Below, in pieces: positions 39,301 to 54,300 of a stretch of DNA of 64,000 nt. The translations under genes were made by a program, and so were the position numbers. Positions within the stretch are counted from its first letter, which is position 1. The number at the start of each line of letters is the position of its first letter. Source of the DNA: the human T2T-CHM13v2.0 reference genome, Homo sapiens. Under the pieces are notes generated by a model. That model worked only from the letters and a program-made list of their open reading frames with translations. It ran no database searches and was not told the origin of the DNA. The stretch lies in assembly GCF_009914755.1 (NCBI RefSeq), contig NC_060930.1. One strand, given 5' to 3'.

Positions 39301-42300
39301 GGTACATTGAGAGCGCTTTCAGGCCTATGGTAGAAAAGGGAATATCTTTCCATAAAAGGTAGACAGAAGCAATCTCAGAAACAACTTTGTGATGTGTGCA
39401 TTCAACTCACCGAGTGCAACGTTCCTCTTGACCGAGCAGTTTGGAAACATTGTTTCTGTAGAATCTGCAAGTGGATATTTGGACCTCTTTGAGGCCTTCG
39501 TTGGAAACGGGATTTCTTCCTATAAACCCAGACAGAAGAATTCTCAGAGACTTCTTTGTGATGTGTGAATTCAACTCACAGTGTGGATCCTTCCTTTTGA
39601 TAGAGCAGTTTTGAAACACTGTTTTTGTAGTATTTCCAAGCGGATATTTGGAACGCCTTGAAGCGTATGGTAGAAAAGGAAATATCTTCCCATAAAACCT
39701 AGACAGAACCAATCTCAGAAACGACTTTGTGATGTCTGCATTCAACTCACAGAGTTGAACATTTCTCTTGATAGAGCAGTTTTGAAACCCTCTTTCTGAA
39801 GGATCTGCAAGTGGATATTTGGAACTCCTTTGGGTCTTCGTTGGAAACGGGATTTCTTCGTATAAATCTAGACAGAAGAATTCTCCGAAACTTCTTTGGT
39901 TGTGTGCATTCAAGTCACAGAGTGGAACCTTCCTTTGGATAGAGCAGTTTGAAATGCTGTGGTTGTAGTATTTCCAAGCGGATATTAGAGCGCCTTGAGG
40001 CCTATGGTAGAAAAGGAAATATCTTCCCATAAAACCTAGACGGAAGCAATCTCAGAAACTACTGTGTGATGGCTGCATTCCACACACACGGTGGAACATT
40101 TCTCTTGATAGAGCAGTTTTGAAACACTCTTTCTGTAGAATCTGCAAGTGGATAATTGGACCGCCTTGAGGCCTTCGTTGGAAACGGGATTTCTTCATGT
40201 TACTCTAGATAGAAGAATTCTCAAACACTGCTATGTGATGTTTGCATTCAAGTCACAGAGTGCAACATTCCTCTTGGTAGAGCAGTTGGGAAACACTCCT
40301 TTTGTAGAATCTGCAATGGGATATTTGGACTTCTTTGAGGCCTTCGTTGGAAACGGGATTTCTTCGTATGAATCTAGACAGAAGAATTCTCAGAAACTTC
40401 CTTGTGATGTGTGCATTCAACTCAGCGAGTGGCACCTTCCTTTGGATACAGCAGTTTTGAAACACTGTTTTTGTAGTATTTCCAAGCGGATATTTAGAGC
40501 GCCTTGAAGCCTATGCTAGAAATGGAAATATCTCCCCATAAAACCAAGACAGAAGCAATCTCAGAAACTAATGTGTGATGGCTGCATTCCACACACACGG
40601 TGGACCATTTCTCTTGATAGAGCAGTTTTGAAACACTCTTTCTGTAGAATCTGCAAGTGGATAATTGGACCTCCTAGAGGCCTTCGTTGGAAACGGGATT
40701 TCTTCATCTAAACCTACAGAGAAGAATTCTCAGTAACTTCTTCGGATGTGTGCATTCGACTCACAGAATGGAACATTCCCTTTGATAGAGCAGTTTTGAG
40801 ACACCGTTTTTGTAGAATTCCCAAGTGGATATTTAGAGCACTTTGAAGTCTCTGCTAGAAAAGGAAACATCTTCATGTAAAAAGTAGATAGAATCGTTCT
40901 CAGAAAGTGCTTAGTGACGTGTGCGTTCAACTCACAGAGTTTAACGTTTCTTTTGATAGAGCGTTTCTGAAACACCCTTCTTGTAGTAGCTGCAAGTGGA
41001 TATTTGGACCTATTGGAGGCCCTCTTTGGAAATGGGATTTCTTCATGTAACTCTAGATTGAAGAATTCTCAGAAACTCCTTTGTGATGTGTGCATTCAAT
41101 TCAAAGAGTGAAACCTCCCTTTTCACAGAGCAGTTTTGAAACACTGTTTTTGTAGGATTTCCAAGGGGATATTTATAGCGCATTGAGCCTACGGCGGAAA
41201 AAGAAACATCTTCCTATAAAAACTAGACAGAATACTTCTCAGAATCTGCTTTGCGATGTGTGCGTTCAACTCACAGAGTAAAACTTTTCTTTTGATAGAG
41301 CAGTTTTGAAACACTCTTTTTGAAGTATTTGCATGTGTATATTTAGAGCGCATTGAAGCCCACAGTAGAAAAGGAAATAACTTCACCTAAAACCTAGACA
41401 GAAGCAATCTCAGAAACTACTTTGTGATGTGTACATTCAACTCACAGAGTGGAACTTTCCTCTTTATAGAGCAGTGTTGAAACACTCTTTTTGTAGAAAC
41501 TGCAAGTGGATATTTGGACCTCTTTGAGGCCTTCGTTGGAAACGGGATTTCTTCCTATAACCCTAGACAGAAGAATTTTCAGAAACCTCATTGTGATGTG
41601 TGCGTTCATCTCACAGAGTGGAGTCTTCCGTTTGATAGAGAAGTTTTGAAACCCTGTTCTTGTAGGATTTCCAAGTGGATATTTAGACCACTTTGAAGCC
41701 TATGATAGAAAAGGAAACATCTTCATGGAAAACATAGATAGAATCATTCTCAGAAACAACTTTGTGATGTGTGCGTTGAACTCACCGTCTTTAACCTTTC
41801 TTTTGGTAGAGAAGTTTTGAAACACTCTCTTTGTAAAGTCTACAAGTGGATATTTTGAGCCCTTGGAGGCATTCTTTGGAAAAGGGAATGTCTTCACATA
41901 AAAGGCAGACAGAAGTGTTCTCAGAAACTGCTTTGTGATGTCTGTGTTCAACTCACAGATTTTAACATTTCCTTTGATGGAGCGGTTTAGTAACCCTATC
42001 TTTGTAGAATTTGGAAGTGTATACTAAGAGCGCTTTGAGGCCTATGGTAGAAAAGGTAATATCTTTCCATAAAAGCTGGACAGAAGCAATCTCAGAAACT
42101 CCTTTGTGATGTCTGCATTCAACTCACCGAGTGGAACATTCCTCTTGATAGAGCAGTTTGGAAACACTCTTTCTGTAGAATCAGCTTGTTTGTATTTGGA
42201 CCTCCTTGAGGCCTTCGTTGGAAACGTGTTTTCATCTTATAAACCCAGACAGAAGAATTCTCAGAGTCTTCTTTGTGATGTGTGCTTTCAACTCACCGAG

Positions 42301-45300
42301 ATAAAGATTTCTCTTGATAGAGCAATTTGGAAACACTCTTTTTGTAGAATTTGCAAGGGTACATTGAGAGCGCTTTCAGGCCTATGGTAGAAAAGGGAAT
42401 ATCTTTCCATAAAAGGTAGACAGAAGCAATCTCAGAAACTACTTTGTGATGTGTGCATTCAACTCACCGAGTGCAACGTTCCTCTTGACAGAGCAGTTTG
42501 GAAACATTGTTTCTGTAGAATCTGCAAGTGGATATTTGGACCTCTTTGAGGCCTTCGTTGGAAACGGGATTTCTTCCTATAAACCCAGACAGAAGAATTC
42601 TCAGAGACTTCTTTGTGATGTGTGAATTCAACTCACAGTGTGGATCCTTCCTTTTGATAGAGCAGTTTTGAAACCCTGTTTTTGTAGTATTTCCAAGCGG
42701 ATATTTGGAACGCCTTGAAGCGTATGGTAGAAAAGGAAATATCTTCCCATAAAACCTAGACAGAACCAATCTCAGAAACGACTTTGTGATGTCTGCATTC
42801 AAGTCACAGAGTTGAACATTTCTCTTGATAGAGCAGTTTTGAAACCCTCTTTCTGAAGGATCTGCAAGTGGATATTTGGAACTCCTTTGGGTCTTCGTTG
42901 GAAACGGGATTTCTTCGTATAAATCTAGACAGAAGAATTCTCCGAAACTTCTTTGGTTGTGTGCATTCAAGTCACAGAGTGGAACCTTCCTTTGGATAGA
43001 GCAGTTTGAAACGCGGTGGTTGTAGTATTTCCAAGCGGATATTAGAGCGCCTTGAGGCCTATGGTAGAAAAGGAAATATCTTCCCATAAAACCTAGACGG
43101 AAGCAATCTCAGAAACTACTGTGTGATGGCTGCATTCCACACACACGGTGGAACATTTCTCTTGATAGAGCAGTTTTGAAACACTCTTTCTGTAGAATCT
43201 GCAAGTGGATAATTGGACCGCCTTGAGGCCTTCGTTGGAAACGGGATTTCTTCATGTTACTCTAGATAGAAGAATTCTCAAACACTGCTATGTGATGTTT
43301 GCATTCAAGTCACAGAGTGCAACATTCCTCTTGGTAGAGCAGTTGGGAAACACTCCTTTTGTAGAATCTGCAATGGGATATTTGGACTTCTTTGAGGCCT
43401 TCGTTGGAAACGGGATTTCTTCGTATGAATCTAGACAGAAGAATTCTCAGAAACTTCCTTGTGATGTGTGCATTCAACTCAGCGAGTGGCACCTTCCTTT
43501 GGATACAGCAGTTTTGAAACACTGTTTTTGTAGTATTTCCAAGCGGATATTTAGAGCGCCTTGAAGCCTATGCTAGAAATGGAAATATCTCCCCATAAAA
43601 CCAAGACAGAAGCAATCTCAGAAACTAATGTGTGATGGCTGCATTCCACACACACGGTGGACCATTTCTCTTGATAGAGCAGTTTTGAAACACTCTTTCT
43701 GTAGAATCTGCAAGTGGATAATTGGACCTCCTAGAGGCCTTCGTTGGAAACGGGATTTCTTCATCTAAACCTACAGAGAAGAATTCTCAGTAACTTCTTC
43801 GGATGTGTGCATTCGACTCACAGAATGGAACATTCCCTTTGATAGAGCAGTTTTGAGACACCGTTTTTGTAGAATTCCCAAGTGGATATTTAGAGCACTT
43901 TGAAGTCTCTGCTAGAAAAGGAAACATCTTCATGTAAAAAGTAGATAGAATCGTTCTCAGAAAGTGCTTAGTGACGTGTGCGTTCAACTCACAGAGTTTA
44001 ACGTTTCTTTTGATAGAGCGTTTCTGAAACACCCTTCTTGTAGTAGCTGCAAGTGGATATTTGGACCTATTGGAGGCCTTCTTTGGAAATGGGATTTCTT
44101 CATGTAACTCTAGATTGAAGAATTCTCAGAAACTCCTTTGTGATGTGTGCATTCAATTCAAAGAGTGAAACCTCCCTTTTCACAGAGCAGTTTTGAAACA
44201 CTGTTTTTGTAGGATTTCCAAGGGGATATTTATAGCGCATTGAGCCTACGGCGGAAAAAGAAACATCTTCCTATAAAAACTAGACAGAATACTTCTCAGA
44301 ATCTGCTTTGCGATGTGTGCGTTCAACTCACAGAGTAAAACTTTTCTTTTGATAGAGCAGTTTTGAAACACTCTTTTTGTAGTATTTGCATGTGTATATT
44401 TAGAGCGCATTGAAGCCCACAGTAGAAAAGGAAATAACTTCACCTAAAACCTAGACAGAAGCAATCTCAGAAACTACTTTGTGATGTGTACATTCAACTC
44501 ACAGAGTGGAACTTTCCTCTTTATAGAGCAGTGTTGAAACACTCTTTTTGTAGAAACTGCAAGTGGATATTTGGACCTCTTTGAGGCCTTCGTTGGAAAC
44601 GGGATTTCTTCCTATAACCCTAGACAGAAGAATTTTCAGAAACCTCATTGTGATGTGTGCGTTCATCTCACAGAGTGGAGTCTTCCGTTTGATAGAGAAG
44701 TTTTGAAACCCTGTTCTTGTAGGATTTCCAAGTGGATATTTAGACCACTTTGAAGCCTATGATAGAAAAGGAAACATCTTCATGGAAAACATAGATAGAA
44801 TCATCCTCAGAAACAACTTTGTGATGTGTGCGTTGAACTCACCGTCTTTAACCTTTCTTTTGGTAGAGAAGTTTTGAAACACTCTCTTTGTAAAGTCTAC
44901 AAGTGGATATTTTGAGCCCTTGGAGGCATTCTTTGGAAAAGGGAATGTCTTCACATAAAAGGCAGACAGAAGTGTTCTCAGAAACTGCTTTGTGATGTCT
45001 GTGTTCAACTCACAGAGTTTAACATTTCCTTTGATAGAGCGGTTTAGTAACCCTCTCTTTGTAGAATTTGGAAGTGTATACTAAGAGCGTTTTGAGGCCT
45101 ATGGTAGAAAAGGAAATATCTTTCCATAAAAGCTAGACAGAAGCAATCTCAGAAACTCCTTTGTGATGTCTGCATTCAACTCACCGAGTGGAACATTCCT
45201 CTTGAGAGAGCAGTTTGGAAACACTCTTTCTGTAGAATCAGCTTGTTTGTATTTGGACCTCCTTGAGGCCTTCGTTGGAAACGTGTTTTCATCTTATAAA

Positions 45301-48300
45301 CCCAGACAGAAGAATTCTCAGAGTCTTCTTTGTGATGTGTGCTTTCAACTCACCGAGATAAAGATTTCTCTTGATAGAGCAATTTGGAAACACTCTTTTT
45401 GTAGAATTTGCAAGGGTACATTGAGAGCGCTTTCAGGCCTATGGTAGAAAAGGGAATATCTTTCCATAAAAGGTAGACAGAAGCAATCTCAGAAACTACT
45501 TTGTGATGTGTGTATTCAACTCACCGAGTGCAACGTTCCTCTTGACCGAGCAGTTTGGAAACATTGTTTCTGTAGAATCTGCAAGTGGATATTTGGACCT
45601 CTTTGAGGCCTTCGTTGGAAACGGGATTTCTTCCTATAAACCCAGACAGAAGAATTCTCAGAGACTTCTTTGTGATGTGTGAATTCAACTCACAGTGTGG
45701 ATCCTTCCTTTTGATAGAGCAGTTTTGAAACCCTGTTTTTGTAGTATTTCCAAGCGGATATTTGGAACGCCTTGAAGCGTATGGTAGAAAAGGAAATATC
45801 TTCCCATAAAACCTAGACAGAACCAATCTCAGAAACGACTTTGTGATGTCTGCATTCAAGTCACAGAGTTGAACATTTCTCTTGATAGAGCAGTTTTGAA
45901 ACCCTCTTTCTGAAGGATCTGCAAGTGGATATTTGGAACTCCTTTGGGTCTTCGTTGGAAACGGGATTTCTTCGTATAAATCTAGACAGAAGAATTCTCC
46001 GAAACTTCTTTGGTTGTGTGCATTCAAGTCACAGAGTGGAACCTTCCTTTGGATAGAGCAGTTTGAAACGCTGTGGTTGTAGTATTTCCAAGCGGATATT
46101 AGAGCGCCTTGAGGCCTATGGTAGAAAAGGAAATATCTTCCCATAAAACCTAGACGGAAGCAATCTCAGAAACTACTGTGTGATGGCTGCATTCCACACA
46201 CACGGTGGAACATTTCTCTTGATAGAGCAGTTTTGAAACACTCTTTCTGTAGAATCTGCAAGTGGATAATTGGACCGCCTTGAGGCCTTCGTTGGAAACG
46301 GGATTTCTTCATGTTACTCTAGATAGAAGAATTCTCAAACACTGCTATGTGATGTTTGCATTCAAGTCACAGAGTGCAACATTCCTCTTGGTAGAGCAGT
46401 TGGGAAACACTCCTTTTGTAGAATCTGCAATGGGATATTTGGACTTCTTTGAGGCCTTCGTTGGAAACGGGATTTCTTCGTATGAATCTAGACAGAAGAA
46501 TTCTCAGAAACTTCCTTGTGATGTGTGCATTCAACTCAGCGAGTGGCACCTTCCTTTGGATACAGCAGTTTTGAAACACTGTTTTTGTAGTATTTCCAAG
46601 CGGATATTTAGAGCGCCTTGAAGCCTATGCTAGAAATGGAAATAGCTCCCCATAAAACCAAGACAGAAGCAATCTCAGAAACTAATGTGTGATGGCTGCA
46701 TTCCACACACACGGTGGACCATTTCTCTTGATAGAGCAGTTTTGAAACACTCTTTCTGTAGAATCTGCAAGTGGATAATTGGACCTCCTAGAGGCCTTCG
46801 TTGGAAACGGGATTTCTTCATCTAAACCTACAGAGAAGAATTCTCAGTAACTTCTTCGGATGTGTGCATTCGACTCACAGAATGGAACATTCCCTTTGAT
46901 AGAGCAGTTTTGAGACACCGTTTTTGTAGAATTCCCAAGTGGATATTTAGAGCACTTTGAAGTCTCTGCTAGAAAAGGAAACATCTTCATGTAAAAAGTA
47001 GATAGAATCGTTCTCAGAAAGTGCTTAGTGACGTGTGCGTTCAACTCACAGAGTTTAACGTTTCTTTTGATAGAGCGTTTCTGAAACACCCTTCTTGTAG
47101 TAGCTGCAAGTGGATATTTGGACCTATTGGAGGCCTTCTTTGGAAATGGGATTTCTTCATGTAACTCTAGATTGAAGAATTCTCAGAAACTCCTTTGTGA
47201 TGTGTGCATTCAATTCAAAGAGTGAAACCTCCCTTTTCACAGAGCAGTTTTGAAACACTGTTTTTGTAGGATTTCCAAGGGGATATTTATAGCGCATTGA
47301 GCCTACGGCGGAAAAAGAAACATCTTCCTATAAAAACTAGACAGAATACTTCTCAGAATCTGCTTTGCGATGTGTGCGTTCAACTCACAGAGTAAAACTT
47401 TTCTTTTGATAGAGCAGTTTTGAAACACTCTTTTTGTAGTATTTGCATGTGTATATTTAGAGCGCATTGAAGCCCACAGTAGAAAAGGAAATAACTTCAC
47501 CTAAAACCTAGACAGAAGCAATCTCAGAAACTACTTTGTGATGTGTACATTCAACTCACAGAGTGGAACTTTCCTCTTTATAGAGCAGTGTTGAAACACT
47601 CTTTTTGTAGAAACTGCAAGTGGATATTTGGACCTCTTTGAGGCCTTCGTTGGAAACGGGATTTCTTCCTATAACCCTAGACAGAAGAATTTTCAGAAAC
47701 CTCATTGTGATGTGTGCGTTCATCTCACAGAGTGGAGTCTTCCGTTTGATAGAGAAGTTTTGCAACCCTGTTCTTGTAGGATTTCCAAGTGGATATTTAG
47801 ACCACTTTGAAGCCTATGATAGAAAAGGAAACATCTTCATGGAAAACATAGATAGAATCATCCTCAGAAACAACTTTGTGATGTGTGCGTTGAACTCACA
47901 GTCTTTAACCTTTCTTTTGGTAGAGAAGTTTTGAAACACTCTCTTTGTAAAGTCTACAAGTGGATATTTTGAGCCCTTGGAGGCATTCTTTGGAAAAGGG
48001 AATGTCTTCACATAAAAGGCAGACGGAAGTGTTCTCAGAAACTGCTTTGTGATGTCTGTGTTCAACTCACAGAGTTTAACATTTCCTTTGATAGAGCGGT
48101 TTAGTAACCCTCTCTTTGTAGAATTTGGAAGTGTATACTAAGAGCGCTTTGAGGCCTATGGTAGAAAAGGAAATATCTTTCCATAAAAGCTAGACAGAAG
48201 CAATCTCAGAAACTCCTTTGTGATGTCTGCATTCAACTCACCGAGTGGAACATTCCTCTTGATAGAGCAGTTTGGAAACACTCTTTCTGTAGAATCAGCT

Positions 48301-51300
48301 TGTTTGTATTTGGACCTCCTTGAGGCCTTCGTTGGAAACAGGTTTTCATCTTATAAACCCAGACAGAAGAATTCTCAGAGTCTTCTTTGTGATGTGTGCT
48401 TTCAACTCACCGAGATAAAGATTTCTCTTGATAGAGCAATTTGGAAACACTCTTTTTGTAGAATTTGCAAGGGTACATTGAGAGCGCTTTCAGGCCTATG
48501 GTAGAAAAGGGAATATCTTTCCATAAAAGGTAGACAGAAGCAATCTCAGAAACTACTTTGTGATGTGTGCATTCAACTCACCGAGTGCAACTTTCCTCTT
48601 GACCGAGCAGTTTGGAAACATTGTTTCTGTAGAATCTGCAAGTGGATATTTGGACCTCTTTGAGGCCTTCGTTGGAAACGGGATTTCTTCCTATAAACCC
48701 AGACAGAAGAATTCTCAGAGACTTCTTTGTGATGTGTGAATTCAACTCACAGTGTGGATCCTTCCTTTTGATAGAGCAGTTTTGAAACCCTGTTTTTGTA
48801 GTATTTCCAAGCGGATATTTGGAACGCCTTGAAGCGTATGGTAGAAAAGGAAATATCTTCCCATAAAACCTAGACAGAACCAATCTCAGAAACGACTTTG
48901 TGATGTCTGCATTCAAGTCACAGAGTTGAACATTTCTCTTGATAGAGCAGTTTTGAAACCCTCTTTCTGAAGGATCTGCAAGTGGATATTTGGAACTCCT
49001 TTGGGTCTTCGTTGGAAACGGGATTTCTTCGTATAAATCTAGACAGAAGAATTCTCCGAAACTTCTTTGGTTGTGTGCATTCAAGTCACAGAGTGGAACC
49101 TTCCTTTGGATAGAGCAGTTTGAAACGCTGTGGTTGTAGTATTTCCAAGCGGATATTAGAGCGCCTTGAGGCCTATGGTAGAAAAGGAAATATCTTCCCA
49201 TAAAACCTAGACGGAAGCAATCTCAGAAACTACTGTGTGATGGCTGCATTCCACACACACGGTGGAACATTTCTCTTGATAGAGCAGTTTTGAAACACTC
49301 TTTCTGTAGAATCTGCAAGTGGATAATTGGACCGCCTTGAGGCCTTCGTTGGAAACGGGATTTCTTCATGTTACTCTAGATAGAAGAATTCTCAAACACT
49401 GCTATGTGATGTTTGCATTCAAGTCACAGAGTGCAACATTCCTCTTGGTAGAGCAGTTGGGAAACACTCCTTTTGTAGAATCTGCAATGGGATATTTGGA
49501 CTTCTTTGAGGCCTTCGTTGGAAACGGGATTTCTTCGTATGAATCTAGACAGAAGAATTCTCAGAAACTTCCTTGTGATGTGTGCATTCAACTCAGCGAG
49601 TGGCACCTTCCTTTGGATACAGCAGTTTTGAAACACTGTTTTTGTAGTATTTCCAAGCGGATATTTAGAGCGCCTTGAAGCCTATGCTAGAAATGGAAAT
49701 AGCTCCCCATAAAACCAAGACAGAAGCAATCTCAGAAACTAATGTGTGATGGCTGCATTCCACACACACGGTGGACCATTTCTCTTGATAGAGCAGTTTT
49801 GAAACACTCTTTCTGTAGAATCTGCAAGTGGATAATTGGACCTCCTAGAGGCCTTCGTTGGAAATGGGATTTCTTCATCTAAACCTACAGAGAAGAATTC
49901 TCAGTAACTTCTTCGGATGTGTGCATTCGACTCACAGAATGGAACATTCCCTTTGATAGAGCAGTTTTGAGACACCGTTTTTGTAGAATTCCCAAGTGGA
50001 TATTTAGAGCACTTTGAAGTCTCTGCTAGAAAAGGAAACATCTTCATGTAAAAAGTAGATAGAATCGTTCTCAGAAAGTGCTTAGTGACGTGTGCGTTCA
50101 ACTCACAGAGTTTAACGTTTCTTTTGATAGAGCGTTTCTGAAACACCCTTCTTGTAGTAGCTGCAAGTGGATATTTGGACCTATTGGAGGCCTTCTTTGG
50201 AAACGGGATTTCTTCATGTAACTCTAGATTGAAGAATTCTCAGAAACTCCTTTGTGATGTGTGCATTCAATTCAAAGAGTGAAACCTCCCTTTTCACAGA
50301 GCAGTTTTGAAACACTGTTTTTGTAGGATTTCCAAGGGGATATTTATAGCGCATTGAGCCTACGGCGGAAAAAGAAACATCTTCCTATAAAAACTAGACA
50401 GAATACTTCTCAGAATCTGCTTTGCGATGTGTGCGTTCAACTCACAGAGTAAAACTTTTCTTTTGATAGAGCAGTTTTGAAACACTCTTTTTGAAGTATT
50501 TGCATGTGTATATTTAGAGCGCATTGAAGCCCACAGTAGAAAAGGAAATAACTTCACCTAAAACCTAGACAGAAGCAATCTCAGAAACTACTTTGTGATG
50601 TGTACATTCAACTCACAGAGTGGAACTTTCCTCTTTATAGAGCAGTGTTGAAACACTCTTTTTGTAGAAACTGCAAGTGGATATTTGGACCTCTTTGAGG
50701 CCTTCGTTGGAAACGGGATTTCTTCCTATAACCCTAGACAGAAGAATTTTCAGAAACCTCATTGTGATGTGTGCGTTCATCTCACAGAGTGGAGTCTTCT
50801 GTTTGATAGAGAAGTTTTGCAACCCTGTTCTTGTAGGATTTCCAAGTGGATATTTAGACCACTTTGAAGCCTATGATAGAAAAGGAAACATCTTCATGGA
50901 AAACATAGATAGAATCATCCTCAGAAACAACTTTGTGATGTGTGCGTTGAACTCACAGTCTTTAACCTTTCTTTTGGTAGAGAAGTTTTGAAACACTCTC
51001 TTTGTAAAGTCTACAAGTGGATATTTTGAGCCCTTGGAGGCATTCTTTGGAAAAGGGAATGTCTTCACATAAAAGGCAGACGGAAGTGTTCTCAGAAACT
51101 GCTTTGTGATGTCTGTGTTCAACTCACAGAGTTTAACATTTCCTTTGATAGAGCGGTTTAGTAACCCTCTCTTTGTAGAATTTGGAAGTGTATACTAAGA
51201 GCGCTTTGAGGCCTATGGTAGAAAAGGAAATATCTTTCCATAAAAGCTAGACAGAAGCAATCTCAGAAACTCCTTTGTGATGTCTGCATTCAACTCACCG

Positions 51301-54300
51301 AGTGGAACATTCCTCTTGATAGAGCAGTTTGGAAACACTCTTTCTGTAGAATCAGCTTGTTTGTATTTGGACCTCCTTGAGGCCTTCGTTGGAAACGGGT
51401 TTTCATCTTATAAACCCAGACAGAAGAATTCTCAGAGTCTTCTTTGTGATGTGTGCTTTCAACTCACCGAGATAAAGATTTCTCTTGATAGAGCAATTTG
51501 GAAACACTCTTTTTGTAGAATTTGCAAGGGTACATTGAGAGCGCTTTCAGGCCTATGGTAGAAAAGGGAATATCTTTCCATAAAAGGTAGACAGAAGCAA
51601 TCTCAGAAACTACTTTGTGATGTGTGCATTCAACTCACCGAGTGCAACGTTCCTCTTGACCGAGCAGTTTGGAAACATTGTTTCTGTAGAATCTGCAAGT
51701 GGATATTTGGACCTCTTTGAGGCCTTCGTTGGAAACGGGATTTCTTCCTATAAACCCAGACAGAAGAATTCTCAGAGACTTCTTTGTGATGTGTGAATTC
51801 AACTCACAGTGTGGATCCTTCCTTTTGATAGAGCAGTTTTGAAACCCTGTTTTTGTAGTATTTCCAAGCGGATATTTGGAACGCCTTGAAGCGTATGGTA
51901 GAAAAGGAAATATCTTCCCATAAAACCTAGACAGAACCAATCTCAGAAACGACTTTGTGATGTCTGCATTCAACTCACAGAGTTGAACATTTCTCTTGAT
52001 AGAGCAGTTTTGAAACCCTCTTTCTGAAGGATCTGCAAGTGGATATTTGGAACTCCTTTGGGTCTTCGTTGGAAACGGGATTTCTTCGTATAAATCTAGA
52101 CAGAAGAATTCTCCGAAACTTCTTTGGTTGTGTGCATTCAAGTCACAGAGTGGAACCTTCCTTTGGATAGAGCAGTTTGAAACGCTGTGGTTGTAGTATT
52201 TCCAAGCGGATATTAGAGCGCCTTGAGGCCTATGGTAGAAAAGGAAATATCTTCCCATAAAACCTAGACGGAAGCAATCTCAGAAACTACTGTGTGATGG
52301 CTGCATTCCACACACACGGTGGAACATTTCTCTTGATAGAGCAGTTTTGAAACACTCTTTCTGTAGAATCTGCAAGTGGATAATTGGACCGCCTTGAGGC
52401 CTTCGTTGGAAACGGGATTTCTTCATGTTACTCTAGATAGAAGAATTCTCAAACACTGCTATGTGATGTTTGCATTCAAGTCACAGAGTGCAACATTCCT
52501 CTTGGTAGAGCAGTTGGGAAACACTCCTTTTGTAGAATCTGCAATGGGATATTTGGACTTCTTTGAGGCCTTCGTTGGAAACGGGATTTCTTCGTATGAA
52601 TCTAGACAGAAGAATTCTCAGAAACTTCCTTGTGATGTGTGCATTCAACTCAGTGAGTGGCACCTTCCTTTGGATACAGCAGTTTTGAAACACTGTTTTT
52701 GTAGTATTTCCAAGCGGATATTTAGAACGCCTTGAAGCCTATGCTAGAAATGGAAATAGCTCCCCATAAAACCAAGACAGAAGCAATCTCAGAAACTAAT
52801 GTGTGATGGCTGCATTCCACACACACGGTGGACCATTTCTCTTGATAGAGCAGTTTTGAAACACTCTTTCTGTAGAATCTGCAAGTGGATAATTGGACCT
52901 CCTAGAGGCCTTCGTTGGAAACGGGATTTCTTCATCTAAACCTACAGAGAAGAATTCTCAGTAACTTCTTCGGATGTGTGCATTCGACTCACAGAATGGA
53001 ACATTCCCTTTGATAGAGCAGTTTTGAGACACCGTTTTTGTAGAATTCCCAAGTGGATATTTAGAGCACTTTGAAGTCTCTGCTAGAAAAGGAAACATCT
53101 TCATGTAAAAAGTAGATAGAATCGTTCTCAGAAAGTGCTTAGTGACGTGTGCGTTCAACTCACAGAGTTTAACGTTTCTTTTGATAGAGCGTTTCTGAAA
53201 CACCCTTCTTGTAGTAGCTGCAAGTGGATATTTGGACCTATTGGAGGCCTTCTTTGGAAATGGGATTTCTTCATGTAACTCTAGATTGAAGAATTCTCAG
53301 AAACTCCTTTGTGATGTGTGCATTCAATTCAAAGAGTGAAACCTCCCTTTTCACAGAGCAGTTTTGAAACACTGTTTTTGTAGGATTTCCAAGGGGATAT
53401 TTATAGCGCATTGAGCCTACGGCGGAAAAAGAAACATCTTCCTATAAAAACTAGACAGAATACTTCTCAGAATCTGCTTTGCGATGTGTGCGTTCAACTC
53501 ACAGAGTAAAACTTTTCTTTTGATAGAGCAGTTTTGAAACACTCTTTTTGTAGTATTTGCATGTGTATATTTAGAGCGCATTGAAGCCCACAGTAGAAAA
53601 GGAAATAACTTCACCTAAAACCTAGACAGAAGCAATCTCAGAAACTACTTTGTGATGTGTACATTCAACTCACAGAGTGGAACTTTCCTCTTTATAGAGC
53701 AGTGTTGAAACACTCTTTTTGTAGAAACTGCAAGTGGATATTTGGACCTCTTTGAGGCCTTCGTTGGAAACGGGATTTCTTCCTATAACCCTAGACAGAA
53801 GAATTTTCAGAAACCTCATTGTGATGTGTGCGTTCATCTCACAGAGTGGAGTCTTCCGTTTGATAGAGAAGTTTTGCAACCCTGTTCTTGTAGGATTTCC
53901 AAGTGGATATTTAGACCACTTTGAAGCCTATGATAGAAAAGGAAACATCTTCATGGAAAACATAGATAGAATCATCCTCAGAAACAACTTTGTGATGTGT
54001 GCGTTGAACTCACCGTCTTTAACCTTTCTTTTGGTAGAGAAGTTTTGAAACACTCTCTTTGTAAAGTCTACAAGTGGATATTTTGAGCCCTTGGAGGCAT
54101 TCTTTGGAAAAGGGAATGTCTTCACATAAAAGGCAGACAGAAGTGTTCTCAGAAACTGCTTTGTGATGTCTGTGTTCAACTCACAGAGTTTAACATTTCC
54201 TTTGATAGAGCGGTTTAGTAACCCTCTCTTTGTAGAATTTGGAAGTGTATACTAAGAGCGTTATGAGGCCTATGGTAGAAAAGGAAATATCTTTCCATAA

